Of a stretch of DNA of 64,000 nucleotides, positions 8,122-17,620 are shown in pieces. The position numbers were made by a program, and so were the translations under genes. Under the pieces are notes generated by a model. It was not told where the DNA came from. It did not search any database and was given only the letters and a program-made list of their open reading frames with translations. The stretch is from an uncultured Desulfarculus sp. (lineage in GTDB: Bacteria; Desulfobacterota; Desulfarculia; Desulfarculales; Desulfarculaceae), in contig CAXXUK010000002.1 of assembly GCA_963665125.2 (NCBI GenBank), positions 704,001 to 768,000 on the forward strand, written 5' to 3'. Numbering within the stretch: position 1 is the stretch's first letter; each line of letters opens with the position of its first letter.

Positions 8122-9342
8122 CTATCGGGCATCCTCCGGCTCAGCCTCACACAACCTGGCCAACACGTCCTTGATGAGCAGGGCGCTTTTATAAAAAACA
8201 GTCTCTTCCGGCAGGCCGCTGATGCGCTTGGCCCCGGCTTCCCCCACCGCCAGCAGTATGTTGTGCTCGCGGAATTCCCTCAAGGTTTGCACCTTTTCCC
8301 GGAGGTACTCTTCGGTCCAAAATCCGACCACCTCCATGATCACTCGGCGGCCGTCTTCATGATCAAAAACAAAATCCGGCACAAAAACCTTCTGGCCCTT
8401 ATGAAGCACTTCGCCTTCGCTGATCAGGCGCCAGCCTTCTCGTGGTTGTTCGCCCCATTTGTGGGCAAAGGCCTCCTCCACGCCCGAGTCAAACTCATCC
8501 GGTGACGAGAGATGGCTCCGGAGGCCGTCCGCAGGTGACAACTCAAGAGACACCTCAAAGCCCCGGCGCGGCGTCTGCACGCGGGCTTTCATGCGCCAAC
8601 CCTGGCAAGCGAGGAGCTTGGGTATCAACCTGGCCATGAACACGCCGTATCGCCTGGTCCGGCGGAGCACCGAGGCCGGTCCATCCAATTGGATTTCATA
8701 AAAACCGGGCTTGATCTGCCGTATTCGGTGAAGGAGTCCGGCCAGCTTGGCATGACGAAGGATGGTCTTGAAATCCTGCTCGGCCCAGATCACCATCTCG
8801 GTAGCCAAGTAGAGGGCCACCTGGACCTGGGCCACGTTGTAGCGGGAGAGCAAGGCAGCGGCATCCGGATACCCGCTGAAATCGTCCAGTCGATGAAACT
8901 CCATCACATCAGCGAACAGGTTGTCCTCTATCTCGGCCCAAGTGATCCCCAGCTCATCCGCTATCCGCTGCTTGGTTTCCTGTTCCGTGTGATCAAAAAG
9001 CCGGTCCGCTTCATGCACCAGGGGATGGCTCGGCGCCGCCAGACGGAAGACCTTTCTACGCAATCTGGCTGCATTTCCTTTGGGATCTCCGGCATAGGTG
9101 CTTACATCATCCAACAGCTTGCAAAAAGCCCTGATGCGGCGGGTTGGGCAATCGTCTTCCTCGGCGAAGATGGCTGCCACCTGGCGATGCAGTTCCCGGC
9201 GGGTCTTCCCCCGTCCGTGCCGGTACACCTCAAGCATGGCCTGGGCATGATCCAAATAATGACCATGCCGCCCTATGGTCAGCCTATCGGGTATGATGCG
9301 GCCGTCCCTATATTCGGCGATGCCGTGTTCCCTGGTAAGCAT
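8122..9342 (-). CDS. DUF790 family / Bax1-like predicted endonuclease
   Basis: Start MLTREHG at 9342; LLSRYN, LDGPASVL..TRRYG, FDSGVEEAF, VFVPDFVF...MEVVGFWTEEYLREK (PD-(D/E)xK-like). Confidence 0.85.
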   Translation of the reverse strand: MLTREHGIAEYRDGRIIPDRLTIGRHGHYLDHAQAMLEVYRHGRGKTRRELHRQVAAIFAEEDDCPTRRIRAFCKLLDDVSTYAGDPKGNAARLRRKVFRLAAPSHPLVHEADRLFDHTEQETKQRIADELGITWAEIEDNLFADVMEFHRLDDFSGYPDAAALLSRYNVAQVQVALYLATEMVIWAEQDFKTILRHAKLAGLLHRIRQIKPGFYEIQLDGPASVLRRTRRYGVFMARLIPKLLACQGWRMKARVQTPRRGFEVSLELSPADGLRSHLSSPDEFDSGVEEAFAHKWGEQPREGWRLISEGEVLHKGQKVFVPDFVFDHEDGRRVIMEVVGFWTEEYLREKVQTLREFREHNILLAVGEAGAKRISGLPEETVFYKSALLIKDVLARLCEAEPEDAR

Positions 9343-10699
9343 CGTTTCTCCTGCGCCGCCGGGAGCGCATTTCCTCCTTGGTTTCCTCGGACACCACCTC
9401 GTACAAGACAGCCTTTTCCGCTCCGGATCTGCGCAGCACCCGCCCCAAGCGTTGGATGGCCTGACGGCCGGAGGACTTGCCACCCAACACCACCGCCACC
9501 TTGGCCTTGGGCACATCCACACCTTCATCCAAAACTTGGTTGGCCACGATGGCGGGATAGTCGCCCTGGGCAAAGCCTTCCAAAATGTCCCTTCGCTCCT
9601 GCTTCCTTGAGTGGTTGAGCAGGCAGGGAATTAGGAACCTGAGGCTCACGTCACGGGCCATGGCGTTGGACCCCGTGAACACGATGACGCGGCTGCCTGA
9701 GTGCAAACGAAAGACATCCTCCAGCACGCGCAACTTTTCTTCGGCCCGATCTTCTATAGCTTGCTTGGCGAAGTATGCCTTTTGAGCCCTGCGCGCAGCC
9801 GGGTCTTTACAGGTTTCCGCACACAGATCCTCCCAGGAATAATCGGTTTGATCCTTGCGCCGCTCATACATGAAACCGCGCACCTGACTGGAAAGCGAAT
9901 CATACTTGGCCCGCTCTTCTGGGCTGAGGTGCACCGGTATCCTGACGATCTCATACTCGGCAAGAGTGCGCCCCTTGGCCTTGGCCAAAGGCATTTCATA
10001 CGCCTTGGGTCCGATGAGCCATTCCAAGTCAGCGTGTTTGCCGTCCGAGCGTTGAGGGGTGGCGGTTAAGCCCAGGCGCATGGGAGCCGCGCACATCACG
10101 GCGGCATCGCGTCTCAGACGACCAGGCAGGTGGTGACACTCGTCAAAGACAATCATGCCGAAATTGTCACCCAATTTATCCATATGGATGTAGGCGCTGT
10201 CATAGGTAGTGACCGAGACCGGCTTTAGATTATAAGTATTGTCGCCGATGATGCCGGGGTCGTAGTTGAGGCCGCGCAGGATGCGTTGATGCCACTGGTA
10301 CATGAGGTCGCGCACAGGGGCCACTATCAGTGTGGAAACAGCGGTTTGCCTCATGATGGCCAGCGCCACCTCGGTCTTGCCAGTACCGGTGGGCATGATC
10401 ACCGACCCCGCTCTGGCGGCCATCCATGCATCCACGGCCTCTTCCTGCTCACGTCTCAACACGGGAAGCTCTATCCGGCCCCAGCGCACGTCCCTCCAGC
10501 GAGGCACAGTGTCAGTAATGTCTAGACCTGCCCAGGCGATCTGCTCAATTACACTGGTGTAGTAAAAGGCATCGCAACGCCACGAAAATGATCTTGCATC
10601 CCATTGCCATAAATCACTTGCCAGGCCAGGTGGCATTTCTGATTGCCCGAGGCCTGTCAGGGATAAGGTTCCGCGCTCAAATGTCAGGGTGAGTTTCAA
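9308..10699 (-). CDS. XPB/Rad25-like superfamily 2 helicase
   Basis: MPTGTGKT, VFDECHHL, RLGLTATPQRSD, VLDEGVDVP, IQRLGRVLR; TTG start after AAGGAG. Confidence 0.9.
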   Translation of the reverse strand: MKLTLTFERGTLSLTGLGQSEMPPGLASDLWQWDARSFSWRCDAFYYTSVIEQIAWAGLDITDTVPRWRDVRWGRIELPVLRREQEEAVDAWMAARAGSVIMPTGTGKTEVALAIMRQTAVSTLIVAPVRDLMYQWHQRILRGLNYDPGIIGDNTYNLKPVSVTTYDSAYIHMDKLGDNFGMIVFDECHHLPGRLRRDAAVMCAAPMRLGLTATPQRSDGKHADLEWLIGPKAYEMPLAKAKGRTLAEYEIVRIPVHLSPEERAKYDSLSSQVRGFMYERRKDQTDYSWEDLCAETCKDPAARRAQKAYFAKQAIEDRAEEKLRVLEDVFRLHSGSRVIVFTGSNAMARDVSLRFLIPCLLNHSRKQERRDILEGFAQGDYPAIVANQVLDEGVDVPKAKVAVVLGGKSSGRQAIQRLGRVLRRSGAEKAVLYEVVSEETKEEMRSRRRRRNDAYQGTRHRRI

Positions 10700-10886
10700 A
10701 CGGGCTCCTTCACAACACCAACCATGTTCAGGAGTTGATTAGCATAGCCCAAATTGAGGATCGAGGCTTTTCGTTCAAATACATCAAGGCTCCCTCTAAG
10801 ACTTTTATTCAGGCATTAGCGTCACTGACATGGTATCATTTAGCCATGTTGGTCAAGTAGATCATTTTATACCATAAGGGTGTCGC

Positions 10887-11141
10887 ATGACTGAAGTGGG
10901 TGTATCCCAAGCAAAAAAAGAAATCGCCGACCTCATGAATCGCGTTACTTACGGCAAGGAACGTATACGAATTACGCGTAAAGGACACAGGGGCGCGGCT
11001 CTTGTGTCTCTGGATGATTTGGAATTGCTTGAGGCCATTGAGGACATTATTGATGGCCGTGATGCCCTTGCCGCTTTACAGGAAGGCAAAAACAAAGGTT
11101 TTTCCGACTGGAACAAAGTAAAAGCAGAGGTAGGGCTGTAG
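10887..11141 (+). CDS. Phd/YefM family antitoxin
   Basis: VGVSQAKKEIADLMNRV...IRITRKGHRGAALVSLDD; upstream of a RelE-like sequence. Confidence 0.85.
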   Translation: MTEVGVSQAKKEIADLMNRVTYGKERIRITRKGHRGAALVSLDDLELLEAIEDIIDGRDALAALQEGKNKGFSDWNKVKAEVGL

Positions 11142-11147
11142 CCGGTC

Positions 11148-11446
11148 ATGTCCTATCAGATTCGAATCAGCCCTCTGGCCAGGCGGAAACTAAAAAAGCT
11201 GGCCGCCCAGAGGTTTGGGACATCATGCAGGTCATTGATGGCTTGGCCAATGCTCCCCACCCAACACATTCGAAAAAGCTATCGGGATATCCCTTCTGGC
11301 GGATTCGTCAAGGCGATTTCCGGATAGTCTACCCTATAGAAGACGATCAGCTCCTGGTTTTAGTCCTCAAGGTTGCTCAGCGGAGTGACATATATCAAAG
11401 CCTCGAGGAATTAATAAAAATTCAGCGCAAGATGACCTTGGAATAG
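11148..11446 (+). pseudogene. RelE/ParE toxin, frameshifted
   Basis: N-terminus MSYQIRISPLARRKLKKL from 11148; the rest (KKLSGYPFWRIRQGDFRIVY...VLKVAQRSDIY) is in another frame (11225-11446). Confidence 0.75.
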
Positions 11447-11679
11447 GCACACATTATTACATCAGTTTGGATTTTGCCTGCGTATCAGCCCCATCTAGTC
11501 TGGACCTAATGGTATCTGGCTGAAGCGAACTAACGACCAGGTGAGATTGCATGACGACAATACTGCGAGTTTGACGGCCGGCAGTAGCGTCGACAATACT
11601 ACCGGATTTGGTCGCATTCTCACGCAGCCTACGGGCTGGTGCAGATGTATGATCTACCCCACAAACGACGGACAATTGT

Positions 11680-12546
11680 TTAAGCGACAATTTGATTTTC
11701 AAAGGCCAGCGGGCTGATGTATCCGTTGGCACTGTGTCTCCTGTTTCGGTTGTAGTCAACCTCGATATACTCGAATACGGCACGGCGCATACCTTGGCGG
11801 GTGGCGAAGTGCTCACCGTGGATCAGTTCCACCTTGAGGGTATGGAAGAAGCTTTCGGCCACGGCGTTGTCATAACAGTTGCCTCTGCCGCTCATGCTGC
11901 AAACCAGTTCATGCTTGGTCAAAAGGGCCTGGTATTTCCTAGAGCAATACTGGCTGCCCCGATCCGAATGAACCAACACACCTTTGGACATATGCCGTCG
12001 CCACAAGGCCATCTGCAAGGCGTCACAGACTAAATCGGCTTTCATGCGCTTATCCATGGCCCAGCCAACCACCATGCGCGAAAACAGGTCGAGCACCACC
12101 GCCAGATACAACCAGCCCTCGCCGGTCCAAAGGTAAGTGATATCACAGACCCACTTCTGATTTGGAGCCGTTGCGTTAAAGTCCTGGGCCAACAGATTTG
12201 GAGCAACCGGCATACCGTGATCCGAATCCGTGGTGGCCTTGAACTTCCTGGCCGCTTTGGCCACCAGGCCCTGTCTATTCATGCTCTTGGCCACTGTTTT
12301 GCGGTTGTATTTACGGCCTTGCTCATCAAGGTCGAGAGTCAGCCCAACTGCTCCGCTACGGCCCTTGCGAACTTCAAAGGCTTCTTTCACCAGGTGATCG
12401 AGCCTCTCACGCTCCATCTGCCTCTGACTGGGATTTTGCAGCCTGCGCCGCCAGCCATAATACCCGCCACGTGATACGCCAAAGGCCTCGGATTGCGCCG
12501 TGACGCTGTATGTGCCTGCGTTTTGCTGCATGAACGCGTACTTCAC
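11680..12546 (-). CDS. IS3 transposase OrfB (DDE)
   Basis: WVCDITY, HSDRGSQY, CYDNAVAESFFHTLKVE. Confidence 0.95.
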   Translation of the reverse strand: MKYAFMQQNAGTYSVTAQSEAFGVSRGGYYGWRRRLQNPSQRQMERERLDHLVKEAFEVRKGRSGAVGLTLDLDEQGRKYNRKTVAKSMNRQGLVAKAARKFKATTDSDHGMPVAPNLLAQDFNATAPNQKWVCDITYLWTGEGWLYLAVVLDLFSRMVVGWAMDKRMKADLVCDALQMALWRRHMSKGVLVHSDRGSQYCSRKYQALLTKHELVCSMSGRGNCYDNAVAESFFHTLKVELIHGEHFATRQGMRRAVFEYIEVDYNRNRRHSANGYISPLAFENQIVA

Positions 12547-12842
12547 TTCAGGCTTTTCGCGAAGTACGCCGCGGCCTTTTTTAATATGGCCAACTCCTCT
12601 TCCTTCTTGGCCAACTGCCGCTTCAACTTGGCGTTTTCGAGCTCCAGTTCCTTCTCGGTCTCGCTGCGGCTGGCCTCATAGCGGGCCTTCTTGCGCCAAG
12701 CGTAAACCTGGGACTCATGCAGGCCAAGCTGCTTGGCCGCACCGGCAACGCCAACCTGCTCAGCCAAGCCCAGAGCTTCGATTTTGAACTCCGGCGAATA
12801 GCGCCGCCTGGTGGATTTCTTCTGGCTCTTCTGTGATGGCAT
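12543..12842 (-). CDS. IS3 transposase OrfA (HTH)
   Basis: RRYSPEFKIEAL..., ELAILKKAAAYFAK. Confidence 0.93.
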   Translation of the reverse strand: MPSQKSQKKSTRRRYSPEFKIEALGLAEQVGVAGAAKQLGLHESQVYAWRKKARYEASRSETEKELELENAKLKRQLAKKEEELAILKKAAAYFAKSLK

Positions 12843-12905
12843 CGAACACCTCCGTTAAGCAATTTACTCGCTTAATCGGGTGTCCGTCAAAACTGGGCTG
12901 GATCA

Positions 12906-13513
12906 TACACGAAACCCGTGGCATGGAGCACCCAAGCTCAAGGAAGAGGATCACATCGTCACGGCGACCATTGATGACTTCAGGGCGATTATGGCTCATG
13001 CCGCTCCACACCTGAAATGGGCCTTTGAGGTAAGCCTATGCCTGGCTCTGAGACCAGGAGAAGTAGAACTCTTGCAGTTGAAATGGTCCAGCTTCAAGTG
13101 GCAACGTGGCTGTGTAGAGATCATCCAAGGCAAAGGAGCCGGACGCAAAACCGTCTATCCACCCGAGTCATTCATGAAAAAAGCTAAGGCCAGATACGAA
13201 CAGGACAAGGCCGCAAACATCCCCTGGGTGGTCCACTTTAGGGGCAGACAGATTAGAAGCCTAAAAAAGAGCCTGGGGCAGCGCAAAAGAACGGGCTGGC
13301 TACGGTGACAGTTCCATCCGCATGTATGACCTACGCCATGTGGCTGCAACAGAGATGCTGGCTAATGGCGCCGATCCAGCTGCCGTACAGCACCAGCTAG
13401 GTCATCGCCGTTTGAGCACCACCCTGGATGTTTACAGTGGTGTTATGAAAGGTGCCCAGCAAAAGGCCGCAAAGCTCATGCCCACCCCTGATGGCGAACC
13501 TGAAGATTGCTAA
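12906..13513 (+). pseudogene. Truncated, frameshifted integrase paralogous to 30587-31609
   Basis: RNPW..KLKEE..DFRAIM..AAPHLKWA..LALRPG..YEQDKAANIPWVVH and YDLRHVAATEML..QLGH match the intact integrase; extra base in the A-run near 13263-13270; N-terminus absent at the IS3 end. Confidence 0.9.
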
Positions 13514-13525
13514 TTCACCCGATTC

Positions 13526-13554
13526 AAGAGGCTTCCAATTGCGGAGCCTCTTTT
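13526..13554. terminator. Hairpin between convergent integrase remnant and ABC ATPase
   Basis: AAGAGGCTTC-N7-GGAGCCTCTT followed by TT. Confidence 0.6.
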
Positions 13555-13570
13555 GGGGCCAATACAGCCA

Positions 13571-14365
13571 CTATGGCACTTGGCGCTGGCTTTCGCCTTT
13601 TCGTGCATGATTAAGGAAAACATGCAGCATTCCGTTTTCATGGGAGACTGATACGTCAACGCCGTAAAGTGATTTTATTTTGTCCACCGTCAACAGCTCA
13701 GATGGAGGGCCATCCCCCATAACCTGGCCGTTCTTGAGCATCACCAAGCGGTCGGAGTACATGGTGGCAAGGTTGAGATCGTGCATGGCCATGATTACGG
13801 AGATTTGTTTCTTTTCAGACAGCTCGCCTATCAAATCAAGCACTTCCACCTGATGCCTCAGATCCAGGCTTGAGGTGGGCTCATCCAGTACCAACAACTG
13901 CGGTTCATTGGCAATGGCTCTGGCTATGTACACCTTTTGCTTTTCGCCCCCGCTGAGTTCATTCATTTCGCGCAGAGCGAACTGTTCCAGACCCAACGTG
14001 ACGAGAGTTTCGGAAACCATGTCAAGGTCGCGCTGACTTGGATTCCAACTGATGTACGGTTTTCGCCCCAGCAATACGGCGTTAAAAACCGTGAAAGGAA
14101 AGCCGTTGCCTTCGGCTTGCGGCACATAACCGATCAGCTTGGACACATCGCGGGGTTGGATGTCTTTTACCGGTTGGTCATCTACCAGAATCTGCCCATT
14201 TGGGGAGTGTAGCGCACCGATGATGCAGCGTAGCAAGGTTGTCTTGCCCGAACCGTTGGGTCCCACCAGGGACACAACGGACCCCTCAGGCACTTGAAAA
14301 CTAATATCTTTTAATATCTGGTTGCGCCCAAAGCGGAAGTCCAGGTTTTTGACTTCGAATATCAC
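13571..14365 (-). CDS. ABC transporter ATPase, FecE/BtuD type
   Basis: GPNGSGKT, LSGGEKQ, LVLDEPT, MHDLNLA; GTG start overlapping the permease stop. Confidence 0.92.
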   Translation of the reverse strand: MIFEVKNLDFRFGRNQILKDISFQVPEGSVVSLVGPNGSGKTTLLRCIIGALHSPNGQILVDDQPVKDIQPRDVSKLIGYVPQAEGNGFPFTVFNAVLLGRKPYISWNPSQRDLDMVSETLVTLGLEQFALREMNELSGGEKQKVYIARAIANEPQLLVLDEPTSSLDLRHQVEVLDLIGELSEKKQISVIMAMHDLNLATMYSDRLVMLKNGQVMGDGPPSELLTVDKIKSLYGVDVSVSHENGMLHVFLNHARKGESQRQVP

Positions 14366-15465
14366 CAGTAATCCCTCCGCCTTTTTACCAGCAAATAGAC
14401 AAACAAGGGCACCCCGAGGAACGAGGTCAGTATTCCTACGGGCAGCACTACCGGCGACAGGATGGTCCGGGCGGCTGTGTCGGCCGTGAGCAACAGCAGC
14501 GCGCCCAACAGGCTGGCGGCAGGCAACAGGAACCTGTGGTCCCCGCCGATGATCATGCGGGCGATATGCGGGGCCACCAGCCCGACAAAGGCGATGGTGC
14601 CGACAAAGCATATGGAAGCCGCCACCACCAGGGATGAGAGGGCCAGCGAAATAAAGCGCACCCGCCCGATGTTGACCCCAAAGCTTCTGGCTGTTTCATC
14701 TCCCGAGGCCAGGGCGTTGAAGTCCCATGAATACCTGAGCAGCACGGGCATAATACCCAATACAGCCACTGCCGTGATAGCTGTTTTGGGCCAGGAGGCG
14801 CGGGACAAATTGCCCATGAGCCAAAAGACAACCGCCGCGATTTCCTCATTGGAGCCGATGTATTGCAGCAATGAGGTCAACGCCGAAAACAAGAACATCA
14901 TGGCGATGCCCGCCAAAATTAAAGTGCCCGACGACACCTGGCGCAGACGGGACAGGCCGACCACCATCAGCGATGACAACAACGAAAAGACAAAGGCGTT
15001 GGTGATAGTCCAGATTTCGCTGCCGCTGCCCAGGCCCACACCGGCCACCAGGGAAAGCGCCGCGCCGAATCCGGCCGCTGAAGCCATGCCCAGAGTGTAT
15101 GGCGAGGCCAGAGGGTTGCGCAGAATCACCTGCATGGTTACGCCTGCCAGGGATAAACCGGCGCCGACCACTATGCCCATGCATATCCTCGGCAGGCGTA
15201 ATTCCCAAATCACGGTCACGGCTATGTCGCCGCATGCGTAGTCGGTGCCGAAGAGCTTGTTGCACAGGACCATGGCAATGGTCTGATAATCCAGCGGCAC
15301 CGAGCCTTGGCCCAGTGAAAACATGACGGCCGCGGCCAGGGCCGCCAGCAAGGCCAGGATAAAGTGGTGCTTACGGGATGTATGCCGCCTGTAATTACCC
15401 AGGAGTTCGGCTTTTTTCCCTGCAACGCTGATCTCGGCAGAGCTTATCGTCTGGCCATTTCCCAT
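14362..15465 (-). CDS. ABC transporter permease, FecCD/BtuC family
   Basis: LRLPR, LRNPLASPYTLG, VFWLMGNL, GTIAFVGLVAPHIAR, LPVGILTSFLGVPLF. Confidence 0.93.
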   Translation of the reverse strand: MGNGQTISSAEISVAGKKAELLGNYRRHTSRKHHFILALLAALAAAVMFSLGQGSVPLDYQTIAMVLCNKLFGTDYACGDIAVTVIWELRLPRICMGIVVGAGLSLAGVTMQVILRNPLASPYTLGMASAAGFGAALSLVAGVGLGSGSEIWTITNAFVFSLLSSLMVVGLSRLRQVSSGTLILAGIAMMFLFSALTSLLQYIGSNEEIAAVVFWLMGNLSRASWPKTAITAVAVLGIMPVLLRYSWDFNALASGDETARSFGVNIGRVRFISLALSSLVVAASICFVGTIAFVGLVAPHIARMIIGGDHRFLLPAASLLGALLLLTADTAARTILSPVVLPVGILTSFLGVPLFVYLLVKRRRDYW

Positions 15466-16518
15466 TTAGCCGGCCAGAGGCTTCAGGTTGGCTGTCATGC
15501 CCGCCTCTTCGATCATCCGCACATAAAACGGCAACACGTCCACGTATTCATAGTCTTCGGCCACGGGCGTTGTCTCAGCCTTGAAGAACGGCCTGCGGCC
15601 ATGCCCATTATTACTGGCGCGGCGGAACGAGCCATGGATCAGCCGCATGTTTGTTCCGGCCGCTATCCAAAGTTGCAGTTGGTCGTCGCGTCCGAATGTG
15701 CCCTCAATATCCACATCCCGAAGGACCAGCCTCATGATGGCCAGGGTTATGGCAATATCCATGGAAGTCGCGGGCATCTGTTTCTGCATTGGCGTGCCGG
15801 GCATGGGCATGAAACCGCAGATGGAAGTGCGAACCAGGTTCTTGAATCCCTTGAGGTAAAACATTCCGTCCACCCGGTCCTGGAATGACTCTCCTGCTCC
15901 GATCATCAGGCCGCTGTCCAGCCCCACGTTGTGCTTTTCAAGCAGGCCCAAGACCTCCTTGCGTCCTTCCAGGTTGTCGCCGGGCTTGATCTTGTAGAAC
16001 ATCTCGGCGTGAACGAATTCCAGTTGGGCTCCGATGCGGTCGATGCCTATGTCCTTGAGCTTGATGATGTTTTCTTCGCTCATATCATAGCCGTAGTTGG
16101 CATAGACCTTCAGGTTGGTGGCGTCTTTGATGACCTTGGCGTCCTCATAGGCATCAGCGCCCATAAGGCCGGTGCAACCGCCGCCGGGCTGCACGCCTTC
16201 GAAGCCCACCTGCTCAGCCATCTTGGCCATGGCCGCCAATTGCTCTGGTTTGGCGACAGGCGGGGCGTCTTTTTTAAGGGCCGCAGGCGCCACTGCGCAA
16301 TACCGGCAAGGCGGTTTGGTTATGCAGCCCGTGGTCATGGACGGGACGTGACACCACAGTTTGAATACGTTTCCCATGAGTTTGTCGCGGACTTCGCCGG
16401 CGCATTTGAGCAGCTCGATGAACCGCCCCATGCCCGTGGTTTCCTCAAACAAGTAGATGGCCTCTTCGGGCGTGATGGCCCGGTCCAGGGCTTGTTCAAG
16501 TAATTGCTCGTAATGCAT
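15466..16518 (-). CDS. Radical SAM protein, HcgA/HmdB-like
   Basis: CITKPPCRYC = CX5CX2C; IKPGD, SGLMIGAGES..DRVD, GFMPMPGTPM, AIMRLV. Confidence 0.85.
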   Translation of the reverse strand: MHYEQLLEQALDRAITPEEAIYLFEETTGMGRFIELLKCAGEVRDKLMGNVFKLWCHVPSMTTGCITKPPCRYCAVAPAALKKDAPPVAKPEQLAAMAKMAEQVGFEGVQPGGGCTGLMGADAYEDAKVIKDATNLKVYANYGYDMSEENIIKLKDIGIDRIGAQLEFVHAEMFYKIKPGDNLEGRKEVLGLLEKHNVGLDSGLMIGAGESFQDRVDGMFYLKGFKNLVRTSICGFMPMPGTPMQKQMPATSMDIAITLAIMRLVLRDVDIEGTFGRDDQLQLWIAAGTNMRLIHGSFRRASNNGHGRRPFFKAETTPVAEDYEYVDVLPFYVRMIEEAGMTANLKPLAG

Positions 16519-16532
16519 CTAGGCAACTCCTA

Positions 16533-17600
16533 TCACTTGCCGGCGGGCACCGGATAAAACCAGCTCCCCTGGTAGGGCAGGCCCAGCCAGCGTTCGAAAT
16601 ATTCCCGGTGGTATTGTTTTGGATCAATATCGGCAAAGAGTTGGGGATAGGCCGCCTTGGCCAAATACAGGGCCCCGACCATGTGCATGCTGCCGCGCAT
16701 CTTCGAGTTCATGACGTAGAACCGGCCGTTCTTCACCGCGTCGGTGCTCTTGAATTTTTCGCGGCTTTTGGCTTCCCGCAGGTACTCGTCGAGCTTCGTA
16801 TTATCTTTTGTCAGGTAGCCGGTGATCTCCGCCCTGCCGCCATAATCATTCATGACGACCATGTCCGGATTGCGAGCCATCACCCACTCGGCGCTGACCA
16901 TTTTGCTGTCGGAAAACTGGCAGATATTTTTCAGGCCCGCCAGGCGCATTGTCTCGTCGCTGGGCATGCCCTTGCCGGCCGCCCGGCCGATGGGCCCGGA
17001 CACATCCACCTCGGCATATACGGTTATCCGTTGTTCAGGCGGTATGTCTTTTATGCGCTGTTCAATTATGCCCAGGCACTCGCTACGCCACTTGAGGAAC
17101 TGCTCGGCCCGCTCAGGTTCGCCAAAGACCTGGCCCATAATTTTCACGGCCTGGCTCATTGAATCAGGGTAATGCCAGCGCAAGGCCAGCACGGGGATGT
17201 TCAAGGTTTTGGCCTTGGCGGTGACCCTTGGGGTGACCGCCGGGTGATGGGGCATGAGAATAACGTCGGGCTTGAGGGCGACGATTTTTTCCCAGTTCAG
17301 GCCCTGCCACTGGTTGCCGGTATTGGGTTGTTTGGCCATTTCCGGGAAATAGCCCCTGTGCCTAATGCTACCCTCAACGCCAACCACCAGACCCTGTTTG
17401 CCGAAGAGCCGAACGGCGTCGGCGATGGTGTCATCGGTGACTATGATCCGTTGGACAGGATAGGAAAACGTCACTTCACGGCCCACCGAGTCGGTGACGG
17501 TCATGGTCTGGTCCGCTGCCGCGGCGACGGCTTGCAGCCCGGACAGGCCCAAGATGAGCCCCAGAATTGCCAGGGCAATGGCTAGTACATACTTTTTCAT
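16533..17600 (-). CDS. Periplasmic substrate-binding protein, TroA-like (FecB/BtuF)
   Basis: Signal peptide; VTDSVGREV, PVQRII, NWEKIVALKPDVI, VSAEWVMARNPD, AVKNGRFY, YPQLFADIDP. Confidence 0.9.
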   Translation of the reverse strand: MKKYVLAIALAILGLILGLSGLQAVAAAADQTMTVTDSVGREVTFSYPVQRIIVTDDTIADAVRLFGKQGLVVGVEGSIRHRGYFPEMAKQPNTGNQWQGLNWEKIVALKPDVILMPHHPAVTPRVTAKAKTLNIPVLALRWHYPDSMSQAVKIMGQVFGEPERAEQFLKWRSECLGIIEQRIKDIPPEQRITVYAEVDVSGPIGRAAGKGMPSDETMRLAGLKNICQFSDSKMVSAEWVMARNPDMVVMNDYGGRAEITGYLTKDNTKLDEYLREAKSREKFKSTDAVKNGRFYVMNSKMRGSMHMVGALYLAKAAYPQLFADIDPKQYHREYFERWLGLPYQGSWFYPVPAGK

Positions 17601-17620
17601 TGGAATACCGCCCCCCCCGA

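Larger units (their letters stand above)
11650..12905 (-). mobile_element. IS3-family insertion sequence (1256 bp)
   Basis: Imperfect terminal IRs TGATCTACCCCACAAACGACGGACA / TGATCCAGCCCAGTTTTGACGGACA; orfA+orfB; A6G frameshift motif at 12576-12582; no direct target duplication. Confidence 0.93.

Noticed and set aside
13263..13270. Programmed frameshift in the broken integrase
   Set aside because: The gene is also N-terminally truncated and its paralog is continuous here; decay or a homopolymer error is simpler.
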